This document shows, piece by piece, positions 34,848-46,818 of a DNA stretch of 64,000 nt. The translations under genes and the position numbers were made by a program. Position 1 is the first letter of the stretch. Each line of letters begins with the position of its first letter. The stretch comes from an uncultured Hormoscilla sp. (lineage in GTDB: Bacteria > Cyanobacteriota > Cyanobacteriia > Cyanobacteriales > Desertifilaceae). The stretch is from the NCBI GenBank assembly GCA_963921275.4, contig OZ001293.3, forward strand, positions 1,536,001 through 1,600,000, given 5' to 3'. The notes below the pieces were generated by a model that ran no database searches, was not told the origin of the DNA, and saw only the letters and a list, made by a program, of their open reading frames with translations.

Positions 34848-35470
34848 CTAAGATTGAATAACTCCCATAAGAATGTATAACAAGTTCTCCAAATCTGCTG
34901 GCGATCTGTAGAGATTAATATCCTGAACCACAGATTTTTTATCGCGCTGCAAGAGACCGAACTTCCATATATCTCCAGTGGTCACGGAGCAATAAAGTAT
35001 GGGAACATCCAAGGTTGTCCACCGATCCAGAGCAATTAACTCGACTGCAAGCTGTGTAAATCCTCTTGATAAATCTGCATTTTTTGCTGACAGGACTAGC
35101 AAGTTATTTTGTGAGATAACGCAGTAGTCTATAATTCCTTGCAAAAAGTTATTCACTAAGACGGGATAATGGATCTTCAATTTTGCCTGAGATCAACGAC
35201 AAAGTTCTAACAGGTTGGTGCAATCAAGACCTCTCGACGTGCCGTTTCACTGGTAAGATAGACGTAGAGGATATCTTGATCTAATCTCTTTTTCAGATCG
35301 GTGCAGTCCAAATGTCCGGCAAATTGGGGAAGCTGTAGATCGGCCTTTTCTAAACTAAAACCTAACTCAGCCAGAATATCCTCTGGGTCAAAGGTGAGTT
35401 CGGCGTATCTGCTAAAGCTGTAGCTTTCCTCTGGATTCAAAATCGGAGGTCTAGTCATAACATTACTCAT
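34848..35470 (-). pseudogene. Cyanobacterial restriction-endonuclease-like hypothetical protein, frameshifted
   Basis: ETARREVLIAP in one ORF; RGFTQLAVELIAL and VTTGDIWKF in the next. Confidence 0.7.
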
Positions 35471-35531
35471 TGTACATACGTTAAAACCAAAACCTCTTCT
35501 CTAAATCTACGGGTAAGCATCGCACTGGTAA

Positions 35532-36056
35532 TTAATCCCACCAATAGGCAACAATGACGGCATCCCGGTCTTCGCGTTCGCGATCGCCATATATTCCCCC
35601 TTGCAACCGAGTTTGAAGTCGGCGCTGGAGGCGCCAACCGTAGTTTTCATTCGTGCCATCTGCCACCTCCACCGAATCAGCTTGCCACTTTTTGCCCAAG
35701 TCCATCAGCTGAGCTACTATTGTATCTTGGTTTTCTGTGAGAATGTATAGGGTATCGGCAGGATAGGCAACGAAATGCATAATGCTGGTTTCCGGCATCG
35801 GACGATAGTTTGCCATTGCTAGCAGGGTATCAAGCAGGCCATTAAAGCTCAGTGCATTGGGGTCTGGTGCAAAAATCGGTTTTGTAAACATAAAGCTTGC
35901 CCATAATTCTGGGTGGTGGGAGAGGTCGGTAATGACTTCTTCTCCGTTAAACTGATTAAACCGACGCTGCCAAACCAGTGCGGCAAAGAGTTCTTGCGCC
36001 GAATAGGATTGAGCGATCGATTTAATTTTGGCTAAGTCCAGCATTGCGGTAGTCAT
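35532..36056 (-). CDS. Hypothetical protein ending in YWWD
   Basis: Intact 174-aa ORF. Confidence 0.7.
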   Translation of the reverse strand: MTTAMLDLAKIKSIAQSYSAQELFAALVWQRRFNQFNGEEVITDLSHHPELWASFMFTKPIFAPDPNALSFNGLLDTLLAMANYRPMPETSIMHFVAYPADTLYILTENQDTIVAQLMDLGKKWQADSVEVADGTNENYGWRLQRRLQTRLQGGIYGDREREDRDAVIVAYWWD

Positions 36057-36339
36057 GTGATTGATGCTCTGATTCTACAATAGCGCTAGGTTCGTAGTAA
36101 GGACTAAAGTCCTTCCGGTTTGTAGTTTCGTAGTATTTACGGATTGATATTAAGTGATCTAGTTCACAAATAAAATCTGGCGTTGCACAATCACGGGATG
36201 ATGGTTGCAGCACTTTTAAACTTAGAGTACAAGCTATTTTCTGTCATGTGCAAAAAAGGGAATCATCCCCAAAATGTGCAACGCCTAAAATCTAATTGCT
36301 ATATTATAGTAGATCAAAACTACAATCAACTATACCAGT

Positions 36340-36712
36340 CCCAACCGAAATCGCCCTTAGTGGGCGCGTTCGGGAAAGCTTGACCAAAAATTATGGTGTT
36401 TCCTTGTTAATCACGCACCAGACTTTTCAGCGCTTGCAGGACTCTAACCGGTATGCAATCCGCCTGCTCGATCGGGCAAAAGTGAAGGGCAAATCAAAAG
36501 AAGTGACTGTCTATGAAGTGTTTAATGCGGATCCGCCTCCAGTGCGAGAGGGGAAGTTAGTGACGCGCACGGCTTTTGAAAGAGCGTGGTTGCTATATAA
36601 TATGGGGATATGTGGAGAGGCGGCACAACTGTTTGCAGATTGTTTGCGGCAAAACCCCTCCGATAAGGTGGCTAAAATATATCTGGAACGTTGTCAGCTT
36701 CCAGGTTCGTAG
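36340..36712 (+). pseudogene. C-terminal remnant of an adenylate/guanylate cyclase
   Basis: RVRESLTKNYG and KVKGKSKEVTVYEV motifs; no catalytic N-terminal part. Confidence 0.7.
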
Positions 36713-36896
36713 TAAGCACTTTAGTGCTTCTCTGTTCGTAGTAAGCACTAAAGTGCTTCCGGGATAGTAAAATTGCTTAAATTAAAGGCCCGGGCAAATC
36801 TAAGTAAGATTACATAAGATGCAGGCCCGGGCAATTCTAAGTACAATTGCGCAAGCTGGAGGGCAATTCTAAGTACAATTGCGCAAGCTGGAGGCT

Positions 36897-37289
36897 TTAT
36901 GCCCTGCTAGGGATTGCTATGGGCTTGGATAGTTGGGAATCGTGCCGCTGTTTGACAGTATCGCGCAGCGAACCTGCCTTTTCTCCAGGTTGGTGCTCCT
37001 GCCGAAACCAGAATACTGGTTCGGCGTCGGAGGCGCGGGTAAACACTATGAGGCGTCCGCAGTGCGGGCACTCATAGATTTGAGGAAACTCTGGGTTCCT
37101 TAGATAAAGAATGCGATAGACTTTATCCTCAAATTCGGAATCAGATGTTGATTGTTTGCGTGCAGACGCTAGCTCTTCTATTAGTTTTTCCATGAGGGGT
37201 TCCCAGAGCAACTTGAACCCTTGGGGATTGGGAATTGGCGATAAACTAAAGCTTTCGCCACACAAACAAGATAGTCTCGGCACAATCAT
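36897..37289 (-). CDS. Small CxC/CxxC protein, candidate immunity protein
   Basis: SCLCG...ECPHCGRL; AGGAGG RBS; lies just downstream of 37402-37902. Confidence 0.6.
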   Translation of the reverse strand: MIVPRLSCLCGESFSLSPIPNPQGFKLLWEPLMEKLIEELASARKQSTSDSEFEDKVYRILYLRNPEFPQIYECPHCGRLIVFTRASDAEPVFWFRQEHQPGEKAGSLRDTVKQRHDSQLSKPIAIPSRA

Positions 37290-37401
37290 CCCTCCTATTG
37301 TCAGTGATCGGCGATCGGTGGTCAGTTCCCAGTGCTTGAAATCAGTTTTAGATGTCCCACCGCGCCTGCGGCCTTGGTCTCAAAATTTTCGCTATGCTGT
37401 A

Positions 37402-37902
37402 CTAGCGAGAACGGTCAACAATTATTTTGCTTTCTTTAACAACAATTACTCGCTCCACCTCGTGACCGGGCGTAGCGATGACTGCTTCAGCCATCGTTAT
37501 AGCTCGCTCTAGGACTATAGTAGCATTTTCTCCGCGACCGAGTTCCACTACAACAATCTCGGCTTGTTCACTCTTATTAATAATATTGATAGCTATACTT
37601 CTGGTGTTTGAGGTTTCTGGTTGCATCAAGTCAGCCGATGTTTGGCTGCCGTCAGCAAGAATAAACCGATAATCGCCACTTCTCTTGTTTAGCACCTCGG
37701 CGGATCCTTCTACCCGTGCTACTCCTGGCAGTTCGCCAGAAAGGGCTTTGCGGCCTAAAAACTCGCCGATCCGGATTTCATCGTAGGTAGCCCTTGGATT
37801 ATTGTTGATATACGGTTGGCTGCCATCCGAGGTTTCACCAATAATCTGATTTGAGTTATTGACCATTCCTCTACCTATCTGTGGTAAGATTATTTGTTGC
37901 AC
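37402..37902 (-). CDS. Possible CdiA-CT-like PD-(D/E)XK toxin domain protein
   Basis: E...GDY...ADL...KSEQAEIVVVEL pattern recognised by eye. Confidence 0.5.
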   Translation of the reverse strand: MQQIILPQIGRGMVNNSNQIIGETSDGSQPYINNNPRATYDEIRIGEFLGRKALSGELPGVARVEGSAEVLNKRSGDYRFILADGSQTSADLMQPETSNTRSIAINIINKSEQAEIVVVELGRGENATIVLERAITMAEAVIATPGHEVERVIVVKESKIIVDRSR

Positions 37903-38294
37903 GTTTACAGTATATTATAACACAAGAGTCGTAAATTGCGCTGTCCTCTGGAGCGATCCACGGGCGCGATCGGATAAAGGCGATGCCCCCTATGCCCTCG
38001 CGCAAGGAATTATGTACGCTAGCGCCGATCCACGCTAGCGCTGCTACGCGAAACACGCTTTTCCTTCACGCACTGGCGATGTGACATCAAACCCCATTAG
38101 GTCGGGCATTTCCAGAAAATGAAATAGTTCTAGTATGGTCAGAAGATGGCAGGTGTTGTGCAGATGTTGTAGAATGAGATAGGGGGGCGATCGCCCACTA
38201 GCTCTGCTACAATATGAGAGAGAGAAAATTATCAAAATATAGTCCCAACAGATGACTGCATTATTCAAGATAAATAGATTGAAGTAAAAAAAAT

Positions 38295-38923
38295 ATGCCT
38301 TATAGTAAATTTACCCTCAGTCAAGCTGTAGAAGATTTTCAACTCACTCTCAGGGAAGGCGATCGCTTTTTGCCAGAGGTTTCGCCAGTCAATCCCACGG
38401 CCTTGCTGAAAGATACCCTGAAAGAAACAATTCCTTGGGCGATCGCGGTGAGTAGTGAAAAGGCGCGTTCTGAAGGCATTATCAATCCAGTATTGTTAGA
38501 AGTAACGTCAACTAAAATGAGAAATAAGTGTTTTTTCGGGTGAAGAGTTTACCGTGCAACCAGAGGTTGATTTGACTGGGGATGTCGATTTTCTGATTAG
38601 CCGCTCTCCAGAGCAGTTATTTATTAAGGCTCCGGCAGTAGTGTTGGTAGAAGCGAAAAAAGAAGACCTCAAACCAGCACTGGGGCAATGTTTAGCCGAG
38701 ATGGTAGCCGCTCAACGCTTTAATCAACAGAAGCAGCAGTCTATTTCAACAATTTACGGAACGGTGACCAGTGGTACGGTTTGACGATTTCTCAAGCCGC
38801 GTAGCGTTGCGAGGCACGAAGCAATCTAGAAGGACAAACTATTGCGATCGATCTAACAGATTATCCACTGCCGCCGGTCGAGCAAATTTTGGGCTTTCTG
38901 GTTTGGATGGTGCTCAATGGCTG
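38295..38923 (+). pseudogene. Restriction-endonuclease-like hypothetical protein, frameshifted with an internal stop
   Basis: [15 protein letters not shown] and [12 protein letters not shown] motifs across split ORFs. Confidence 0.7.
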
Positions 38924-39007
38924 ATTTGCTAGAGAATTAAATGCGATCGGCCTCTATCTCGGTTACAATATGAGAAAGATAAAATTATCAAAAGTCAGTC
39001 TAAACAG

Positions 39008-39259
39008 ATGAATGCATTAGTGACTAAAAATAGAGTGTACGACGAAGTGATTGACTTCATTGCGGCGGGAACAACACCTCTTAGCGTGATAAACTTTCAA
39101 TTGTCCGATCCTGCCAAAGAGCGTTTAGAAGACCTCGTTTATCGAGCCAAGACCGCAGAACTGTCACCAGATGAAAAGAGCGAACTTGACAAGTTCCTGG
39201 TAATAGAGCATATAATGAGATTAGCCAAGGCTAAAGCCCACCAGTACATCTCTGTGTAG
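39008..39259 (+). CDS. Small hypothetical protein, antitoxin-like
   Basis: YDEVIDFIAAG...EHIMRLAKAKA. Confidence 0.6.
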   Translation: MNALVTKNRVYDEVIDFIAAGTTPLSVINFQLSDPAKERLEDLVYRAKTAELSPDEKSELDKFLVIEHIMRLAKAKAHQYISV

Positions 39260-39414
39260 TCGTTATACCATTTTGATTTAATGATGATACAGTTAGTCAC
39301 TTCGCTGTTATCCCGCCGGGGTATGCTTACCCCCGCGTTACCAGGCGGGAGCCAGGTAACGAGGCTGAAGTCGGTTAAAACCGACTAATAAATAATGTTG
39401 GAAGTAATTGTAGC

Positions 39415-39987
39415 ATGGTTTTTCCAAAATTGTATTACATTTCCACGATCGAACAAATCTATCAACGCCTTCAAATCTCCCCTGCTACTCTTGCCAAAGT
39501 CTGTAAACAGTGGCAAATTACTGAACTGGCTGTTTTTGGTTCCATCCTCAGAGATGACTTTAATCTCAATAGCGATATCGACCTTCTGGTTACTTTTCAC
39601 CCCGAAGCGAGAATTACCCTGTTTGGCCTCGAAGCTATTGAAATTGGATTCCAAAAAATCTTTCAACGCCCAGTCGATCTGGTCACTAAACGCGCTATTG
39701 AACGCAGTCATAACTGGATTCGTCGCCAAAATGCTAAAACTATTATGTCACAAGACCACGAAATTTTACTCGATCTCGATCGCGCTTGCCGCTTAATCTT
39801 AAATTTCACCGCAGGCACGACAAAAGACGACTTTGAAAATGATCTGAAAACCCAATCTTCGGTTCTTTATCAAATTATTATCATTGGTGAAGCCGTGAAT
39901 CGACTCTCGGAAGCATTTAAGAATGCTTATCCAGAAATACCCTACGCAGAAATACGAGGTATGCGAAACCGCATCACTCACGAATAG
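39415..39987 (+). pseudogene. MNT nucleotidyltransferase fused to a truncated HEPN/DUF86 domain
   Basis: FGSILRDDF...SDIDLLV followed by IIGEAV and RNRITH, then a stop. Confidence 0.75.
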
Positions 39988-40365
39988 ACAGTGACCCAAG
40001 GATCACAGGACTCGTGACGGGACCATGCAGCTTTGGGCCAGTGCTGATTGAGAAAGCGATCGCGACAGGTGCAATTTTCACTCACTTGCAGCCGCCTGAA
40101 ATAAGATATCGCCTTCTCACTTGCTATAGTAAATCATAGCTTCTGTCATGAAATATCCTCTTCAGACACAATCGATCGCCCGTTTCCGGCATTGCCGCTC
40201 AGAAATTGCTTGAAGCGATCGATTCTGGCAACGCAGTGGTAAACGATCAGATGCTTGCCCTAGCCAAACGTCTTGCTGCTCGTCGTCGCCAGAAAGCTCT
40301 GAAGAATGGCTAATTCCGGTAAATTTGATGGAGATGCACCCGATCGCAACCCTATATTCAGGGCA

Positions 40366-40788
40366 TCAATCATCCATGCTTCTGAACAAAATCACAAAGC
40401 CTTCCTGAGTAAAGTGTTTGTCATGAGTCAGCACTTCAGTAATCCCCAGTCGCCCCATAGTAGTCATAGAAATACAATCCGTCAGACTGTATCCCTTATC
40501 GAGGCGATTTTCATACAAGTTAAGACCAGACAGAAAAGATTCATGGGTCTGTTCAATCACCTGGACCTCTGGATCGTTTAGAAGACCTCTGACTAGCTGC
40601 ACTGCACGTCGCCGCATTTGAGGACCGTAGTTTGAGTAGAAGGCGAGAACTTCTACTAGCACTTCATCTGTTGTTACTATACGGGTCTGACCAAGCCTGC
40701 TGGTGACATCTATAATTCTCGGATACCACTCATTTCTTGGATTGATTGAAGATATCCAATAAAATGTGTCTGCAAACACCATCTTCAT
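40366..40788 (-). CDS. VapC-like PIN toxin
   Basis: FADTFYW, SLTDCIS and LTHDKHFTQEGF motifs. Confidence 0.88.
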   Translation of the reverse strand: MKMVFADTFYWISSINPRNEWYPRIIDVTSRLGQTRIVTTDEVLVEVLAFYSNYGPQMRRRAVQLVRGLLNDPEVQVIEQTHESFLSGLNLYENRLDKGYSLTDCISMTTMGRLGITEVLTHDKHFTQEGFVILFRSMDD

Positions 40789-41117
40789 TGTTTTCTTTTA
40801 GGGGTTCCGTAGATGTAATGGTCGTGTTGTTCTGCACCATCGGTGGGCAGTTGGCTAAGCTCCTCCTCTGTCATATCTTTGACAATGTCTTCAAACAGCT
40901 TCAGGATGGAGTGTGCTGATGAATTATTTGCTTTCTCCTCTAATGAATTATTTGCTTTCTCCTCTAGTTTTTTCAAGTCAAGTTTGACCGCTTCTTTTAA
41001 ATCATCAAAGACTCGATCGACTGAAGAGCCCTGAAATTTCCCTACCGCTAGCTCAGGAGAATAGGCACTATAGCCATCTTCAGTCTGTTCTAGCTGAATG
41101 CTAACTCTGTACGACAT
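40785..41117 (-). CDS. Antitoxin with HicB-like N-terminus
   Basis: EDGYSAYSPEL; LPTDGAEQHDHYIYG tail; 4-nt overlap with the PIN gene. Confidence 0.75.
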   Translation of the reverse strand: MSYRVSIQLEQTEDGYSAYSPELAVGKFQGSSVDRVFDDLKEAVKLDLKKLEEKANNSLEEKANNSSAHSILKLFEDIVKDMTEEELSQLPTDGAEQHDHYIYGTPKRKQ

Positions 41118-41217
41118 GATAATTCGGTTCCTTGCGAAACATCGATACTGACTATACCCGAATCGCGTATTGGGTAAGATATACTTGATTATAGCAGGTT
41201 AAGCCAGTAGTTGGGCT

Positions 41218-41676
41218 GTGCATCACCAGCCTCGTTACCACTTGGGAGAAAAAATGCTGTACGAAACTGACATTATCGAATGGGTAGAACAACAAGTTAA
41301 CCTCATCCAAGCACAACGATATAGTGAAGTAGATTGGGTTAATATTATCGAGGAAATTGAAGATTTGAGTAAACGAGAACGCGACCGTTTTTTATCTTCT
41401 ATTCGCTTAATAATTCAACATCTGTTAAAATGGGAATATGAACCAGAAAAACGATCTAAGTCTTGGGAAATCACCATCAAAAGAGAACGCAATCACCTGA
41501 AACGCTATCTGAGAGATGCTCCCAGCTTAAAGCGATCCTGGGCAGATATATCAAAAGTATATGGTGATGCGAGAGCAGATGCTGCTAATGAAACCGGAAT
41601 TGACGATTGGGATTTTCCAGAAGATTGTCCTTACTCCCCCGAACAAATTCAATCGGATTGGTTTCCCCTAGAATAG
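41218..41676 (+). CDS. DUF29 family protein (probable ATG start at 41254)
   Basis: YETD..W, DWVNIIEEIEDL and HLLKW motifs. Confidence 0.88.
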   Translation: MHHQPRYHLGEKMLYETDIIEWVEQQVNLIQAQRYSEVDWVNIIEEIEDLSKRERDRFLSSIRLIIQHLLKWEYEPEKRSKSWEITIKRERNHLKRYLRDAPSLKRSWADISKVYGDARADAANETGIDDWDFPEDCPYSPEQIQSDWFPLE

Positions 41677-41999
41677 CGAATAGGTTGGGTTAGCAACAGC
41701 GTAACCAAACCTACAGGTCTAGAAAAACCTTGTACAGAGGATGGAGAAGATAGGGAGAGTAGAAGCAATCGTGAAGAAATTATGAATTTTACACGGGAGG
41801 TGAATTAATTAGGTGTATGATGGGAATGGGAAAAGAAATAGAATGCAATTGCTCCTACCCTTTTTCTTAATATCGTAGAGTGCATCTCATATAATATCGT
41901 ATATCCTAAGCCCGAGAAAGTAACCTTTATCAGACTTAGAGGGTATTGCCAAGGAAATGCGGTACAATTATCAGTAGTCGATCGGAATAATGAGAACAA

Positions 42000-44900
42000 A
42001 TGAGCAAGGACATAAAACAACTTAGCAACCCTTTTTCTACCGGAGGGGGTGGCCCACATTTTGAGGCCCATGTTCAAGCAACGTTTGTTGCGCTGATGCT
42101 GACTGGTGGATATGCACCATGCTTGCCATGTTGGCCGATTAAGAAAATCAGGTTGCAAGGTAAATCGGCAGGCTATAACACAGATGATGTAATCGTTTTT
42201 GTTGAAAATCCTGGTACAGGAGAACAAAGCAAGCTCCTCGGTCAAATCAAACGCTCGATCAACATCACTAAGAATGACGATACTTTTGGTGAAGTCATAA
42301 AGGCTGCTTGGGACGACTTCAATAATCCAGAAGTGTTTATTAAAGGTCGAGATAGATTTGCTCTAATAACTGGGCCATTAAATGTAACAGACACCAAGGA
42401 TACTCGTACAGTTTTGGAATGGGCTCGGTCGTTAGATAACGCTGATGAATTCTTCAAAAATATATATCTGGCTAAAGTCAGCAATGATGGCAAACGTACA
42501 AAACTAGAGGCATTTAAGACAAACATCAAGAAGGCAAACGACGACAATGATGTAGAAGACAAAACTATTTATGCTTTTTTAAAGCACTTCCATCTGTTAG
42601 GGTTTGATCTGGATATAAAATCAAACGTAACCCTCGCACTAATGCATTCATTGATCGGTCAGTATTCCAGGGATAATGCAGCTTATATTTGGACACAATT
42701 AGTTGATGAAGTGCAATCGACCAATAAGAATGCGGGAACAATCACCCCTGAAAAACTTCCCGAAGACTTGAAGGAAGCATTCAAGCAACCAGCCTTTGCG
42801 CAGATTCCTACAGAACTTACCGTGCCCCCGTCTGAAACAGCGGAAACAGACTGGAGTCAGCATCAATATGCCAATGCTCTTGCTTTGGCGAATTTAGTTG
42901 GTGCATGGCACGATCAAAATGAGGCAGACATCTTAATTATGAGCCAAATAATCACTGAAAATTACTCAAATTGGATCACAAAAATTATAGATGTTATTCA
43001 GGCTTATGACAGTCCAATTTCGCTTCAAAACGGAATCTGGAAGATTGAGAAACGCAGCAGTCTGTGGACTGCATTAGGTTCGCGTATTTTCGACGAACAT
43101 CTGGATACTTTCAAAAAATTGATTGTTGCGATACTAACCGAACGCAATCCATATTTTGACCTTCCCACAGAAGAACTATATGCGGCGATCTTTGATGAAA
43201 AAGTGCTGACGCATTCGCCAGCTCTGCGAAAAGGTCTGGCAGAAGGTCTAGCCCTACTCGGCAGCAGAGCTAGCGAGTTAATCAACTGCTCGCATGGTAA
43301 AGCAGAGAGCACGGCTGTTATGGCTATTCATGAAATTCTCGCAGACGCTGATTGGGTACTGTGGGGCAGCTTGAATAGCCTGCTCCCTATATTAGCAGAG
43401 GCAGCTCCAAATGAATTTTTGCATGCAGTAGAAAAAGCGTTGCTTTTATCTCCTTGCCCGTTTGATGAGCTTTTCTCTCGGGAAGGTGATGGCATTACTG
43501 GTGGTAACTATCTGACGGGCCTGCTTTGGGCACTAGAAGGACTCGCATGGGATGAGAAATACTTCGTCCAAGTTTGTCTCGTCCTTGGGGAACTCGCTAG
43601 CCATGATCCAGGAGGAAAGTGGGCAAACAGACCTGCCAACTCACTATCAACTATCTTACTGCCATGGCGCCCGCAAACCATGGCATCAATAAAAAAGCGC
43701 AACGTAGCAGTTCAGACACTCCGTAAAGAGCTGCCAGACATCACTTGGAGACTCATTATCAACCTGTTACCCAATCAGCGACAAACATCAATGGGCTCAC
43801 ATAAGCCTTCATGGCGTAACCCAATACCAGACGATAGGGAACAAGTTGTTACTCACCAGGAATATTGGAAACAAATCTCCTCTTATGCCGAACTTGCTGT
43901 TTCAATGGCAAGTCAGGATAATTCCAGGCTTGGCGAACTTATCGACCATTTCGATAAGCTTCCCAAACCTTCTTTCGATCGCTTGCTTAAAGTATTATCG
44001 TCAGATGCCATTACAGGACTACCAGAAAATGAGCGTTTACCTGTTTGGGACAGACTCACAAAATTCACCTCCGAACACAGGCGTTTTTCTGATGCAAAAT
44101 GGGCGCTGAACTCCGATTTGCTATCTGCCATTGAGGCGGTTTCCAACCAACTGGCCCCATCAAATCCTCTGAACCTGTATCAACATTTATTTTCCGATCG
44201 CGACTGGGAACTTTATGAAAAGAATGTGAATTTGGATGAGCAGAGGAAGAAACTCGACGATCGCCGCCAAAAAGCCATTAGGGAAATATTGAATATAGGT
44301 GGTATAAATTCAGTAGTTGAATTTGCCGAAGCTGTCAATTCGCCGATCGACGTTGGGTATTCTATCGGGTGTATTGCCGATATTGCCGATAGACGCCAAA
44401 TTGATGAAGTTTTACTGCCAGCATACCTGGAAACAGAAAACCGGAAGCTCTCGTTCTTCGCCAGCGGGTATGTCTGGAGCCGTCACTATACCAATGGTTG
44501 GTCGTGGGCAGACAGATTGAACAAGTCGAAATGGAGCGCCAGTCAAATTGGACAGTTTTTGAGCTACCTGCCGTTCACAAAGGAAACCTGGGATCGAACT
44601 GCCGATTGGTTGGGAGAATCACAAGGCGAATACTGGGCAAAAACCAATGCTAATCCCTACCAGGCAAAGGGTGACTTAAGCATCGCCATTGACAAACTTC
44701 TCGAACACGGGAGACCCCACGCCGCAATCAACTGTTTATATATAATGCGCTACCGCAAGCAACCCATCGATGTAGCCCAAATTGTCAATGCTCTTCTTGC
44801 TGCTTTGTCTTCATCAGAGCCATTCTATTCAAAGGATCCATATAAAATAGTCGAACTCGTCAAGATTCTGCAAGAAACTCCCGAGGTAAGTCCGGATGCT

Positions 44901-45565
44901 CTTTTTGTAGAGTGGGCTTATTTGCCGTTGTTAAATCGCCATTGCGGGGCTACCCCAAAACTGCTGGAAAGTCGCCTTGCTGGAGACCCGGATTTTTTCT
45001 GCGAAATCATTCAGTCAATTTACCATTCAAACAAAGGCGGCAAGATCGCCGATGAACCATCCGAAGACAGGAAGGCGATTGCCACAAATGCTTGGCGATT
45101 GCTCCATGAGTGGCGTACCCACCTGGCATGCAATCGGATGGTAGTTTCAAAAATGATGAATTCTCAAGTTGGCTTCAGCGTGTGAAAGAGGTCTGTACCG
45201 AATCAGGGCACCTAGAAGTCGCGCTCACCCATGTAGGACAGGTGCTTATCTATGCCCCAGCTGATGCAGATGAGTTGTGGATCAATCGCACGGTTGCCGA
45301 TGCACTGAATTCTGGGGATTCAGAGGAAATGCGAAACGGTTACTACCTGGGGTTTTTGAACTCACGTGGAGTTTATTGGGTCGATCCTACAGGAAAGCCG
45401 GAACGGGAACTGGCTGAAAAGTACAGAAAAATGGCCCATGAGGTCGAGAATGAAGGATATCAACGCCTTGCTGTCACGCTCAAGGGCCTGTCAGAAGATT
45501 ACGATCGTGAAGCCGAACGTATCGTTGCCGAACATAAAGGTGATGATTATGACAATGAATGTTGA
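42000..45565 (+). CDS. Large (~1190 aa) protein with an N-terminal PD-(D/E)XK-like nuclease, frameshifted near 45115; possible defence protein
   Basis: STGGGGPHFE...DDVIVFVE...GQIK N-terminus; ORFs 42000-45185 and 45110-45565 overlap. Confidence 0.6.
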
Positions 45566-45829
45566 GCACCATCTGTCGGCAGTTAGTTCAGTTCCTCTTC
45601 TGTCATATCTTTAATGAAATTTTCAGCCAGTTTCCAGATTGATTGACCAACATTATCATTTTTGTTGTCATACTTGACTTATTTAAAATTTAGTCTGACA
45701 GCTTCTTTGAGCTTAATAAATATCAGGTCAATAGTATCAGCTTTAAATTCGCCTATGGCAAGTTCAGGATAATAGGCATTATAGCCAGATTCAGTCTTTT
45801 CCAGCTGTAATGCTGACTCTGTACGACAT
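45566..45829 (-). pseudogene. Degenerate copy of the HicB-like antitoxin at 40785-41117
   Basis: Shares CTCTGTACGACATGATAATTCGGTTCCTTGC-AAACATCGATACTGAC and coding similarity. Confidence 0.75.
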
Positions 45830-46138
45830 GATAATTCGGTTCCTTGCTAAACATCGATACTGACATTATAGCTGATCGGCTCGTGCCTTGACAAGGGATA
45901 CTGGTCAGTATCTAGACTTTTTTCAACTCGATATGGAACTGCGGCGAAACCCAACATCAACATAGTATGGTTGGGTTTCGTTCCTGATGCTGTTGGCGAA
46001 ATCCATCTCGAAAGACGAATAAGAGCGTGCTACAAGAACGAGAAATCTTTACTTGGACGATTAGTAATACTCAATGTAAGATGCTTGGTAGCACATTCGC
46101 CAATAGTATCCGTTCCTCAACCCAACCTACAAAAATTA

Positions 46139-46801
46139 CTAGCTTTCCAGAGTCGGTTCAGACGGGGATAGCTTTTGTCCCACCTTTGGTTCAGTCCCGG
46201 CCAGCAACCGTTGGATATTACTGCGGTGCAGCCAGATCACGTACAAACTAGCCGCGATCGCGAACAGTTCGTAAGCCAAAGGTTGACCTAGCAAGAACAT
46301 GATACCCGATAAGGCGATCGCCCCGGCGATGGAGCTGAGGGAGACAATGCGGGAAATAGCCATTCCCACGCCAAACACCACCATAGTTAAGAGTCCCACT
46401 TGCCAGGACATAGCCAGCAAAATCCCCAGACTGGTAGCCACAGACTTACCGCCTTTGAAATTCAGCCAGATGGACTTACTATGACCTAAAATCGCCCCTA
46501 AGCCTGCCAAAGTGACCATCCAAGGCTGCCAGGACGCGATCGCCTGCAGTGGGTCAAAAGCGTAAACCAGATCCACAAGGGCGATCGCGAAGGCACCTTT
46601 AAGCAAATCAACCAACAAAACAGCGATCGCGGTAATTTTTCCCAGAGTCCGGAGCACATTAGTGGCCCCAGTAGAACCGGAACCATGCTCGCAAATATCA
46701 ATACCTTGCAGCCAGCGTCCTGCCAGATAGCCCGTGGGCAGAGATCCTAGCAGATAGGCAAGCAAAAGTAAAACCCCATTGATAGCTAGCCAAAGCGTCA
46801 T
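46139..46801 (-). CDS. plsY: Glycerol-3-phosphate acyltransferase PlsY
   Basis: GSGSTGATNVLR, FKGGKSVAT and HRSNIQRL motifs. Confidence 0.95.
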   Translation of the reverse strand: MTLWLAINGVLLLLAYLLGSLPTGYLAGRWLQGIDICEHGSGSTGATNVLRTLGKITAIAVLLVDLLKGAFAIALVDLVYAFDPLQAIASWQPWMVTLAGLGAILGHSKSIWLNFKGGKSVATSLGILLAMSWQVGLLTMVVFGVGMAISRIVSLSSIAGAIALSGIMFLLGQPLAYELFAIAASLYVIWLHRSNIQRLLAGTEPKVGQKLSPSEPTLES

Positions 46802-46818
46802 TACTCTTTACTCCATTG

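Noticed and set aside
36705..36894. CRISPR-like repeats
   Set aside because: Only 2-3 short tandem or palindromic units, with no unique regular spacers and no cas genes
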